Notes: generated from the sequence alone by a model not told the origin. Numbered from the stretch's first letter, positions 9,131-17,263 are shown. The stretch is DNA of 64,000 nt from an uncultured Lachnospiraceae bacterium (GCA_902779445.1 CACZBM010000014.1:8508-72507); one strand, 5' to 3'. Numbers and translations: made by a program.

Positions 9131-9166
9131 TAATATTACTCCTTTGATTCCAAGTATATTTGATTT

Positions 9167-9196
9167 ATTATAATCCCTTTCGCTTCTGCTTTTCAA
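9167..9196 (-). promoter_or_regulatory. candidate promoter of the S8 peptidase gene (TTGAAA-18-TATAAT)
   Basis: On the minus strand, TTGAAA (9196-9191), an 18-nt spacer, then TATAAT (9172-9167). Confidence 0.4.
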
Positions 9197-9242
9197 GTCA
9201 GATTAGAGCGGTTATTCAGCCGGTTATTTGGAACAATTGACG

Positions 9243-9282
9243 AAAAAACAGGCCGGACAATGGGTTCCCCCATCATCCGGCC
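9243..9282 (-). terminator. terminator after the 621-aa secreted protein gene
   Basis: Imperfect stem ggccggacaatggg/cccatcatccggcc (9251-9282), followed on the minus strand by TGTTTTTTCG. Confidence 0.5.
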
Positions 9283-9307
9283 CGTGGACCAATTGGAACT
9301 GCTCTTC

Positions 9308-11173
9308 TTATTTCTTTTTGTTAATCTTAACTTTCACCGTGGCATTATATTTTCTGCCGTTTATAAGTGCTGTTACCTTCACATTGCCGTTCTTTAATTT
9401 TTCATCTCCGGAATGTGAGATCGTAAGCGTTCTGTAATCCTTTGAAAGCCATACTTTCAGTTTCTTCTTTGACAGAACGGGCTTTGTGGGATCGGTTGTG
9501 GTAACTGCGATCTTATTATCGACAGTCCAGTCTGCAGAGAGGAATTCAGAATCATTTCCGGCTTTCTTTCCGACAAATTCCACGAGATTAACTGAAACTG
9601 TCGATCCGTCTCCGGAATATGCGGAAATGACATTCTTTTTAATGGCATTCTTATTAAAATCAATATTCACTACAGTAAGATGGAGTATGCAGTTTTCAAC
9701 CGGTATCGTTAATACGTATGATGCGTACTTTTTATCCTTTTTAACCTGAACAACTCCCTTTTTATTGATCTTAAGGTGTTTCTTTACTTCTTTAACCCTT
9801 GCCTTTTCATCCTTTGCATCACTTGCCTTTACAGTACCGTCGGCATTGTTGTAGGAAAGGGTTACTTTACTGAGATCAAGACCTTTAAGCTCTTCTGCAG
9901 TGAATTTAGCCTCTGCGTTTACAGTGAGCTTCACCACTCCCGTTTCCTTTTTAAGACCGGTTATGGAGTAAGTTGTCTTCTTCTTGTTTGTTTCACCGAT
10001 CATCTTGATGGTGTCGCCAAAGGCCTGTGTTCTTTCGGTCTTTGTGGCGGTGTCGTTCTTTCTGTCCGCAGTAGCAGTTTCTTCCTTCTTATCCTGATCA
10101 GACTTTCCGTCAAAATCGATGACCCAGAGCATGCCGTCACCGTCATCGTCGCCGTCCTCTTCCTGGTAGATCTCATATTCAACACCGGGATTCTTCTTTA
10201 TCTCGACGATCTTTAAGAGATCATCAACTGTCCTTACGGAAGAGAACTGATGATCGGCACTGAGGTACACTGACGTTTCGTCAGGTCTTCCGTTCACAGG
10301 GTTTGTAACGTCTATAAGGATATGGTCATTATCGTTCAGTCTGCGGATATTATCACGGTGAGGTTTTTCATATTTATCAAATACAATGAAATTAAGCTCC
10401 CTTGAGTCGGTTGTACCGGTGATCACCGTGTCTACGTTCCTGCCATCAGCAACAGGACTTGTAACATATCCCTGACATAGATAATCGTTATCATCATTTT
10501 CCCAGCCAATTACATTGCTGGAAAGTGTTCCCGCAACATTTCTGTCGGTTATCGTCCATCCGCCGGTAACTGCAGTTTTCCAGTAATCACGGCTGGCGAA
10601 TTCATAAACAATATAGTAACCCTCATCATCGCTGTCCCAGTATCTATCCACGATCGTGTCCGTATGAGGAGTGACACTTATTGTGCTGTTATCATCCAGA
10701 CTCTGATAAAACTGGTTCCAACGAGCGTCACCCCAGTTATTAGGATCTTCATTAGTAAACAGATCCATTTTAAAATATATGCAGGCCGGAGCATCAAGAC
10801 CCCAGTCATCGCAGTCCACATCAAGCGTGATCCGGTCGCTGGCAATATCGATCGAACGCGATGAAGTCTTAAACAGAGTAAGATCCTCTTCAGGGTAATC
10901 TCCAGTGATCGTGACATCCCCCCAGTTGGTACCGGTACCGTCAGTCATGGTCGCAGAGGATAAGTAGTCTCCGTCATCATTTTCATCCAGTAAAATTTTC
11001 GCCTTGTGATACTCGTCAGGATCGATGGTCCAGCTGCCGTTGATAGTTACAGCATCTCCGGGATCCTGACTTTCATCCCACATGGGATCGGCCATAGCAG
11101 GGACAGCGGTCATGTTAAATAACAGCGCTGCACTTAAAACTGCCGCCCAGAACTTTCTTTTCCTAATTTTCAT
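9308..11173 (-). CDS. secreted protein of unknown function (Asp/Trp-rich N-terminal part, Lys-rich Ig-like C-terminal part)
   Basis: Signal peptide MKIRKRKFWAAVLSAALLFNMTAVPAMA. AAGGAG SD. The acidic linker is EEDGDDDGDG. The C-terminal beta-type repeats resemble those at the S8 peptidase C-terminus. No LPXTG motif. Confidence 0.6.
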   Translation of the reverse strand: MKIRKRKFWAAVLSAALLFNMTAVPAMADPMWDESQDPGDAVTINGSWTIDPDEYHKAKILLDENDDGDYLSSATMTDGTGTNWGDVTITGDYPEEDLTLFKTSSRSIDIASDRITLDVDCDDWGLDAPACIYFKMDLFTNEDPNNWGDARWNQFYQSLDDNSTISVTPHTDTIVDRYWDSDDEGYYIVYEFASRDYWKTAVTGGWTITDRNVAGTLSSNVIGWENDDNDYLCQGYVTSPVADGRNVDTVITGTTDSRELNFIVFDKYEKPHRDNIRRLNDNDHILIDVTNPVNGRPDETSVYLSADHQFSSVRTVDDLLKIVEIKKNPGVEYEIYQEEDGDDDGDGMLWVIDFDGKSDQDKKEETATADRKNDTATKTERTQAFGDTIKMIGETNKKKTTYSITGLKKETGVVKLTVNAEAKFTAEELKGLDLSKVTLSYNNADGTVKASDAKDEKARVKEVKKHLKINKKGVVQVKKDKKYASYVLTIPVENCILHLTVVNIDFNKNAIKKNVISAYSGDGSTVSVNLVEFVGKKAGNDSEFLSADWTVDNKIAVTTTDPTKPVLSKKKLKVWLSKDYRTLTISHSGDEKLKNGNVKVTALINGRKYNATVKVKINKKK

Positions 11174-11210
11174 AACTCAATCTCCTTATTATTCTGACCG
11201 GGTCCGTTCC

Positions 11211-11345
11211 AATGGCATTAAGTTAGTGTCATTCTGAGCGAAGCGAAGAATCTCTTATAGCTGTAAGAGAGATCCTTCGCTGACGCTCAGGAAGGAAAAA
11301 CGTCCGGTGGACGTTTCCCGCACAAGGAGCTTAACTAAACGCCAT
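11211..11345. mobile_element. MITE-like copy of palindromic repeat family 1, flanked by a 12-bp direct duplication
   Basis: cgggtccgttcc occurs at 11199-11210 and again at 11346-11357. The ends atggcattaagttag and cttaactaaacgccat are imperfect inverted repeats. The core is gtcattctgagcgaagcgaagaatctct plus its inverted partner. Confidence 0.5.
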
Positions 11346-11386
11346 CGGGTCCGTTCCGGTCTGATATAGTGAAAACACTAAGATCA

Positions 11387-11416
11387 ATTATAGTACCCCC
11401 CCCCGCGAAAAATCAA
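11387..11416 (-). promoter_or_regulatory. candidate promoter TTGATT-18-TATAAT with a G9 (C9 on plus) tract in the spacer
   Basis: On the minus strand, TTGATT (11416-11411), spacer tttcgcgggggggggtac (18 nt), then TATAAT (11392-11387). The C9 tract is at 11396-11404. Confidence 0.4.
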
Positions 11417-11472
11417 GTAAAATCTCGCTTTAGACGGCGTAAATTGAATTTTCATTCAAATAAAATTTCTTA

Positions 11473-11501
11473 TTGACTTTTAATTTAGAAGATGATATTA
11501 T
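11473..11501 (+). promoter_or_regulatory. promoter of tRNA-Leu (TTGACT-17-TATTAT)
   Basis: TTGACT at 11473-11478, a 17-nt spacer, and TATTAT at 11496-11501. The tRNA starts 32 nt downstream. Confidence 0.45.
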
Positions 11502-11532
11502 TGCAAGCGTGCTGTGAATAAACAGTACGGAC

Positions 11533-11616
11533 GCGGAAGTGTCGGAACTGGCAGACGAGCAAGACTAAGGATCTTGTGAGCGCAAGCTTGTGTGGGTTCA
11601 AGTCCCATCTTCCGCA
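11533..11616 (+). tRNA. tRNA-Leu (class II, long variable arm); anticodon reads AAG
   Basis: Acceptor GCGGAAG/CTTCCGC with discriminator A. D stem TCG/CGA. Anticodon stem CAAGA/TCTTG with loop CTAAGGA. Long variable arm. T arm GTGGG-TTCAAGT-CCCAT. No encoded CCA. Confidence 0.85.
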
Positions 11617-11620
11617 TAAA

Positions 11621-11654
11621 AATACCCCTAAGGTTTCCTTAGGGGTATTTTTTT
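11621..11654 (+). terminator. rho-independent terminator after tRNA-Leu
   Basis: A 13-bp stem aatacccctaagg/ccttaggggtatt is followed by a T7 run. Confidence 0.65.
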
Positions 11655-11793
11655 GCGGAACAGACTTGACAGGCTTTGCCTGTCAAGTCTGCGGGGTGCA
11701 GGCGCACTCAGTGCGCCTAAACGCACCCGAAAAAGCCCCACTGGGGCTTTTTCCATCTTCCGCATAAAAAAGACTTGGATCCACATTATAATA

Positions 11794-11822
11794 CAAAACG
11801 GCCCGGAAATGATTTCCGAGCC
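11794..11822 (-). terminator. terminator after the 305-aa secreted protein gene
   Basis: On the minus strand: ggctcggaaat-ca-tttccgggcc followed by GTTTTGT. Confidence 0.5.
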
Positions 11823-11842
11823 ATAAATCTTATGATTCTTTA

Positions 11843-12760
11843 TTACCTGTGTTTCCAGTACTTTTCTTCCTCTGAATCATTTTCATCTTCGTCTATTCCG
11901 TATTCTTTACAATGATTCACATGCGAATAGTCAGCGAGGACCACTACGGTGTAGCCGTCACTCTGAAGCACAGGATCATACCAGCCTCTGAAATGATGGT
12001 GGTGATCCGTATGATCATGGATCGAGGGTTTATATCTCTCAACATCATCGCCCTCTCTTATGAGCACATCTCCCATGGGCTCATTGCAGACCTCACATAC
12101 ATAGATAACCTTGTAGTTCTTGTAGAAGCTTCCTACAATGTTCCTGTCCTCGGTTATATTGGTCCAGCTTCCCTGCCATCCGGTAAACTCAAGTCCGTTA
12201 ATACAAGGGTCAGCGGGCTGTGGAAGTGATGACCCATAAGTAACCACATCAGCACCCCAAAGCTCTCCGGTGGATCCGTTATACCACTTCACCACACAGG
12301 TTTTACCCGGGATCCCGACGGGATTAAGGGCTATAACCTCCGCTGCTGTTAAATGGCCTGTCTTATTCATCGGTGTCGCAGGGTTCTTTAAATCTGTAGT
12401 AGTCTTCGGAAGCGTTGCGCTTGTAACATTTGAATAGCTTAAAACGCCTGAAGGAAGATTCTGCCATGTCTGGCAGATAGCAGAAGTCTCGCTTGTTCCT
12501 CCCTTGGGGAGATAAACCGCTCTTGCTATAGTATCCTGCTGCACATTTGCGAGGGAAACATCCCATCCACAGAAAGCATAGCCGTCTACATTAAGGTCTG
12601 TAGGCCCCATCCAGGTCATATTAGTGCCCTGAGGTGCCGTAACTGTCGAAGTACCCTTGGCCGTAACATAAGTCACGTGAACATCCGCAGCGAAAACAGT
12701 ACTCGCGAAAACCAATGCGGACATAGACAGCATACAGAAAAATCCATACAGTTTCTTCAT
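11843..12760 (-). CDS. secreted protein with Listeria/Bacteroides-type (InlB B-repeat-like) F-x-GW repeats
   Basis: Signal peptide MKKLYGFFCMLSMSALVFASTVFA. Recurrent motifs YAFCGWD, LEFTGWQG and FRGWYDP. GGAAAGGAG SD. Only 37 nt downstream of the preceding gene. Confidence 0.6.
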   Translation of the reverse strand: MKKLYGFFCMLSMSALVFASTVFAADVHVTYVTAKGTSTVTAPQGTNMTWMGPTDLNVDGYAFCGWDVSLANVQQDTIARAVYLPKGGTSETSAICQTWQNLPSGVLSYSNVTSATLPKTTTDLKNPATPMNKTGHLTAAEVIALNPVGIPGKTCVVKWYNGSTGELWGADVVTYGSSLPQPADPCINGLEFTGWQGSWTNITEDRNIVGSFYKNYKVIYVCEVCNEPMGDVLIREGDDVERYKPSIHDHTDHHHHFRGWYDPVLQSDGYTVVVLADYSHVNHCKEYGIDEDENDSEEEKYWKHR

Positions 12761-12797
12761 AACACGCTCTCCTTTCCGGGTAAAATAAAAGCCTGCG

Positions 12798-13298
12798 TTA
12801 CTCGTCTGAGGACTCTCCGAAATTCATGAGACCTTCCATCTCATCTGTAACCACTTCTTCATCCTGCAGTTCCTCATCGGAAGGAACAGGAATAAATTCT
12901 GACATATAGGCATCACTGGGAAGTCCTGCCATAAGCGCCGGGAGATTGATGATAATGCCGTCCATATTATAGGGTAACGGCAGCCCGACCTTCATCTTCT
13001 GGGCATTCCCTTCTTTTTCCTCTTTTACAAGGAGCTCCATACTGAAGTTCTGTCCCATGGTATTGGCCATACCACGGTCTCCATCCTTAAGTTTTGCGAC
13101 TTTTTCGCCGTTTACCAGGACTTCGATGCTGTACTTCGTGCCATATGTCTTACCGTTATATTCGATCTCCTTATTGTCAAAGTAGACCGTATGTCCTCTT
13201 CCTATTATAAACATTACTACAGCGAGGGCAATTATGGCAAGTATAGCTACGAGGCGTACTACAAGCCTCTTCTTATCAATCTTTTTTGTCATTGTCAC
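12798..13298 (-). CDS. single-pass membrane protein of unknown function with an acidic C-terminus
   Basis: TM anchor LVVRLVAILAIIALAVVMFIIG. Overlaps the upstream permease stop by 23 nt. No family recognised with confidence. Confidence 0.55.
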   Translation of the reverse strand: MTMTKKIDKKRLVVRLVAILAIIALAVVMFIIGRGHTVYFDNKEIEYNGKTYGTKYSIEVLVNGEKVAKLKDGDRGMANTMGQNFSMELLVKEEKEGNAQKMKVGLPLPYNMDGIIINLPALMAGLPSDAYMSEFIPVPSDEELQDEEVVTDEMEGLMNFGESSDE

Positions 13299-14388
13299 CC
13301 TCCTGCTCTAAAGCCAGCTGTTTACCGGCATTTGCCTTATTTCTCCTCTTATTTGTCTCATACATGATGAGGGCAACCGTAATAACCGCATATGAAACGA
13401 ACACACGGAAGTATTCACCGATCATGGAGTCTCCGGTGATGACCGTTCCGGCCTTGGGAGCCACGATGAACATTGTGTGGAATAAGACTATACCAAGGAA
13501 TACGTTACCTATGGAAGCCTTATCAACCGATGCTCCGCCCACGAGAAGCGCTGCTATACAGAACATTCCGATCTGGGAATGTGAACTGTAGGTAGCGATA
13601 TTACCCATGTTCTGAAGGTAGATGATCATTCCGATTCCCGCAAATACTGTCGAGATCACCATGGAGATGATTCTGGTGCCCTCCACATCGATACCTGCGT
13701 CCCTTGCCACTTCCAGATCCTGTCCGACAGCACGCATATCCTGTCCGAGCTTTGTCTTCCTAAACCAGATAATGATAAGGCACAGGATAAATACGATAAT
13801 GAAGGTGGCTACCGGTATCTTAACTCCCTCTATCGTAAGGGGGATAAGGTTATCCAGCTTTTGTCTCATAGACAGGAGTGACACCGTGTTTCTGATGCCA
13901 TAACCTCTGGGAAGCTTGACGTTTCCATGTTTAATGGGGATAACAGGTCCCATGAGATAGAGTACCACCAGCTGGTAGATACCGTTTATAAAGAAACTGA
14001 TGATATAGCTCGTGATCATCTCGCGGCCCTTAGCCATATTAAGCACCTTACCGCAGAATACACCGAGAAGAGCGGAAATAGGAACTGAGATTATAGCCGC
14101 CAGCACCATGCCGGGGATCCCTACTATCTGCCAGTCGGAAACAAGGATAAGGCCTATCTCTCCTGCCATGGCTCCCAGGGTCATACTGAAATTAAGTCCC
14201 ATTCCGGCCATGATAGGTATCAAAAGACTCAGGATAAGGAAAGCATTCCTTCCCATTCTCGTGACTATCTCATTTATGAGGTAGCTGGGAGACAATCCTG
14301 AAATAGGCGCACATATTGCGCATATAAGTACAAACATAAGAGGGACTGAAAACCTTCTTATCATTTCTGACGGTTTCATCTTGCTCAT
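13276..14388 (-). CDS. ABC transporter permease (CUT2/BMP-type)
   Basis: 370 aa and polytopic. Position and composition are typical of ribose/nucleoside-type ABC permeases. 4-nt overlap with the upstream permease. Confidence 0.8.
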   Translation of the reverse strand: MSKMKPSEMIRRFSVPLMFVLICAICAPISGLSPSYLINEIVTRMGRNAFLILSLLIPIMAGMGLNFSMTLGAMAGEIGLILVSDWQIVGIPGMVLAAIISVPISALLGVFCGKVLNMAKGREMITSYIISFFINGIYQLVVLYLMGPVIPIKHGNVKLPRGYGIRNTVSLLSMRQKLDNLIPLTIEGVKIPVATFIIVFILCLIIIWFRKTKLGQDMRAVGQDLEVARDAGIDVEGTRIISMVISTVFAGIGMIIYLQNMGNIATYSSHSQIGMFCIAALLVGGASVDKASIGNVFLGIVLFHTMFIVAPKAGTVITGDSMIGEYFRVFVSYAVITVALIMYETNKRRNKANAGKQLALEQEGDNDKKD

Positions 14389-15449
14389 TTTGCGCCCTCC
14401 GTTTTTCTCGTAAGTGCATAGAGGATCATTCCGTTACTTACTATGATCCTTATAACCTCACTCATATCGAGATGTATGAGGTTATTCATGACGGTGGGTG
14501 TCATAGTTACAATTCCCTGGAAGAGAATGGTTCCTATTATAACGTTCATAATAGATGCCTTATTAACGGAAGCTCCACCGATAAGTATCGCTGAAACCGC
14601 AGGAAGGGCCATATAGAAAGGCGCCATATAAAGCTGTACGAAACCGAATCCCTGCTCATACACAAGGATACCGATAGCTGCAAGCCATGTGGACATCACC
14701 ACTGAGATAAGTCTTATCTTATCCACATTTATACCTGCTGATCTGGCAAAACTGGGATTGGATCCCACCGCTGTCATGGCTGTTCCTGTCTTTGTATGAA
14801 GGAATGCCCACATTGCAAATGCAAGGAGCGCAAAGAAAAGGATCGCCCCTGTGGGTATCATGAGATTTCCAATATTGATCTGAAGGATATCGGCAAGAGC
14901 CTGTGTATAATAACCCTCCAGACTGATGGTGGTCCTGAGTCCCTTTCCTGCCATACCCCATACCATGTTAGGGCTGTGATAGGGAAGGAGGAGCCACATC
15001 ATACACATAAGTGAAACAGATGAAAAACCAACATATGTTGCGATCATCATCTCTCCGCCTTTGATCTTGTTCAACAGCCATCCGTATCCCATTCCGAATA
15101 CAAGGGCAAAAGGAGTGGCTAAAAGTGCTGCCATCAGGAAGGACATGGGACCCGTGAATCCAAGCTCTATGGAAAGGGTAGCCCCTAACAGTCCTGATAT
15201 GATACCGAGAGGTAGTCCGAAATTCAGACCGCATCCGGAATGTACCATGGGCACCATGGCAAGCACCAGAACTCCGTTCCAGCTGAAACGGTTGATGATA
15301 TTGGATAACTGGGTCGGAAGATCTGCACCTACAAAGGGAGATACAACGATCAACAGTACCAGGAATCCGGTTATTATAAGCCTCGGAAGTCCGAAATCAT
15401 TAAGGACATCCTTTATCCGTTCATTTAATGTCACTTTGTTTTCTTCCAT
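14385..15449 (-). CDS. ABC transporter permease (CUT2/BMP-type)
   Basis: 354 aa and polytopic. It is the first of two paired permeases after the ATPase. Confidence 0.8.
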   Translation of the reverse strand: MEENKVTLNERIKDVLNDFGLPRLIITGFLVLLIVVSPFVGADLPTQLSNIINRFSWNGVLVLAMVPMVHSGCGLNFGLPLGIISGLLGATLSIELGFTGPMSFLMAALLATPFALVFGMGYGWLLNKIKGGEMMIATYVGFSSVSLMCMMWLLLPYHSPNMVWGMAGKGLRTTISLEGYYTQALADILQINIGNLMIPTGAILFFALLAFAMWAFLHTKTGTAMTAVGSNPSFARSAGINVDKIRLISVVMSTWLAAIGILVYEQGFGFVQLYMAPFYMALPAVSAILIGGASVNKASIMNVIIGTILFQGIVTMTPTVMNNLIHLDMSEVIRIIVSNGMILYALTRKTEGAK

Positions 15450-15458
15450 TTTCTTTTC

Positions 15459-17060
15459 TTACACCCCACTTATCATCAATGTACCAAATGATTCCGAGGA
15501 TGCTTTGGCAGGAAGTATGCCTGCCACCTTCCCGCCGGAAATTATCGCAATACGGTCACAGGTAGATCTGAGCTCGGCAAGCTCTGATGATATCATTACT
15601 ACTGTGACTCCGCTTTCCCTGTTAAAGCGCTTAAGCGCATCAAGGACCAGTGCTTTCGCTCCCACGTCGATACCTCGTGTGGGCTCAGACACGAATAAGA
15701 AACTGGGTTCCAGCGCGAACGCTTTTGCAAGACAGATCTTCTGCTGGTTACCACCTGAAAGCTCTTTTGCCTTCTGCGTTGTACTCGTGCACTTGATCTG
15801 AAGCTCATCTATATATTTCTCGGTGATCTTTCTGATCTCCTTGTCATCACGCCACTTGATAAGGCCACCCAGATACTTCTTCAGGTATTTATCCTGTACC
15901 TGCATGGCAGGGAAAGACACATTCCATTCCAAAGTCTCATCCAGGAGCAGTCCCACTCCTCTTCTGTCCTCCGACACAAAGGCAAGGGATGCATCCAGAC
16001 ACTTTCTCGGGGAATTAAGTGGTATCTCCTGACCGTTGAAAACAACCTTTCCTCCGGCCTGATAAAGACCCATGATACCGTTCGGAATACCGAGCTTACC
16101 CTGTCCGGCAAGCCCTCCGATACCGAGGATCTCTCCCTTTCTGACGTCGAGATTGACATCACGAACAGTTTCTCCCGGCATATCCACCCAGAGATTCTTT
16201 ATGGACATGATAGTCTCGAAGTCGTCTTTGTCCTGCTCCTTCACAATTTCTCTAAGGTCACTGGGAGTATCGGATCCCTTCACTTCCCTTCCCACCATAA
16301 GATGGGTTATCTCAGCTTCTGATGTGTTTTTGGCAGCAAGATCACTTATTAAAAGGCCGTCACGCATTACGACAACCCTGTTACAAACTTCCAGTATTTC
16401 ATGAAGTCTGTGTGTGATAAAGATCACGGCGATGCCGCGTTTGGACATTCCCCTGATGGATTCGAGAAGCGCTTCAGCTTCTTTTTCCGTAAGAACAGCC
16501 GTAGGCTCATCCAGAATAAGTATCTTCAGCTGCTTTTTTGACAGCTCCCTGGCTATCTCGGTAAACTGCTTATGTCCCACAGGCATATCGCTTATAAGCA
16601 TATCCTGTTCTATATTAACGCCCATCTGTTGTATAGCTTCACGGGCGCGATTGTCCATATCCTTGCGGTCAAGCGTATCCATTCTGTCGCTGAACAACTG
16701 TGACAGCACGCTTTTCTTTTTTGATTCCCTGTTGAGCAAAATATTTTCTGTGGCAGTAAATCCGGGTATCAGTGAAAACTCCTGATGAACCATCCCAATA
16801 CCTGATGCAATGGCATCAAAGGGTGATTCGAAATTCACTTTTTCGGAATTAATGATGATATCTCCGCCGTAACCACCTGTTTCCCTGATGACATCCGCAC
16901 CGAAGAGGATCTTCATCAGAGTGGATTTTCCTGCACCGTTTTCTCCTACAAGACCGATCACTTCCCCCTCTTCAAGAGTTAAGTTTATATCTGTAAGAAC
17001 CTGATTCCCGAAAAAATCCTTTTTTATATTTCGCATTTCAAGAAGAGGTGCTTTTTCCAT
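15459..17060 (-). CDS. ABC transporter ATP-binding protein with two fused NBDs
   Basis: Walker A GENGAGKST. A second-NBD signature LSGGNQQK. ILILDEPT and FVSEPTRGIDV. At 533 aa it matches RbsA/MglA-type duplicated ATPases. Confidence 0.9.
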   Translation of the reverse strand: MEKAPLLEMRNIKKDFFGNQVLTDINLTLEEGEVIGLVGENGAGKSTLMKILFGADVIRETGGYGGDIIINSEKVNFESPFDAIASGIGMVHQEFSLIPGFTATENILLNRESKKKSVLSQLFSDRMDTLDRKDMDNRAREAIQQMGVNIEQDMLISDMPVGHKQFTEIARELSKKQLKILILDEPTAVLTEKEAEALLESIRGMSKRGIAVIFITHRLHEILEVCNRVVVMRDGLLISDLAAKNTSEAEITHLMVGREVKGSDTPSDLREIVKEQDKDDFETIMSIKNLWVDMPGETVRDVNLDVRKGEILGIGGLAGQGKLGIPNGIMGLYQAGGKVVFNGQEIPLNSPRKCLDASLAFVSEDRRGVGLLLDETLEWNVSFPAMQVQDKYLKKYLGGLIKWRDDKEIRKITEKYIDELQIKCTSTTQKAKELSGGNQQKICLAKAFALEPSFLFVSEPTRGIDVGAKALVLDALKRFNRESGVTVVMISSELAELRSTCDRIAIISGGKVAGILPAKASSESFGTLMISGV

Positions 17061-17093
17061 GTCTTCTGAAACCTTTCTATAATTGTAATAGTA

Positions 17094-17263
17094 AACGGCA
17101 AAAATCTTTTTTGTCGTTTACTGCGCTGGATTTTGGCCGCCGTAGGCGGCTTATTTCCTTACAAAATCCATGCGCATCCTGCCGGAGGCAGTTATAGTGA
17201 GCGAAATTTTATATTTCGCTTACTATAACAGCTTAAATGTGGGGAGACCGTGGTCTCCCCACA
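17094..17263. other. cluster of four or more stem-loops between the binding-protein gene and the ATPase gene
   Basis: tgtggggagacc/ggtctccccaca (17238-17263). gttatagtgagcgaaat/atttcgcttactataac (17191-17229). gccgcc/ggcggc (17136-17150) nested inside ggattttg/caaaatcc (17128-17169). aaacggcaaaaa/ttttttgtcgttt (17094-17120). Confidence 0.6.

Noticed and set aside
9131-9196. Longer N-terminal extensions given by the ORF track for several genes (starts at 9196, 18684, 21585, 24190, 36179 and 52802).
   Set aside because: In each case an internal ATG is preceded by a good SD and begins a canonical signal peptide or conserved N-terminus. The extensions overlap predicted promoters, terminators or the upstream gene.
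11617-11842. A possible intact integrated island or prophage at tRNA-Leu.
   Set aside because: The duplicated tRNA 3' end brackets only about 130 bp of hairpins. No integrase, excisionase or cargo gene is present anywhere in the window, so at most it is a scar (reported as a finding).
15061-15801. Long plus-strand ORFs opposite minus-strand genes: 15061..15801 (246 aa), 20224..20847, 33726..34361, 40806..41429, 46767..47489 and 48252..49250 (332 aa).
   Set aside because: All lie fully antisense to strongly supported conserved genes (ABC ATPase/permease, the SH3 protein, PBP, ClpC and others). They have Ser/Pro/Leu-rich low-complexity composition, lack SD sequences and show no recognisable motifs. 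These are typical shadow ORFs.
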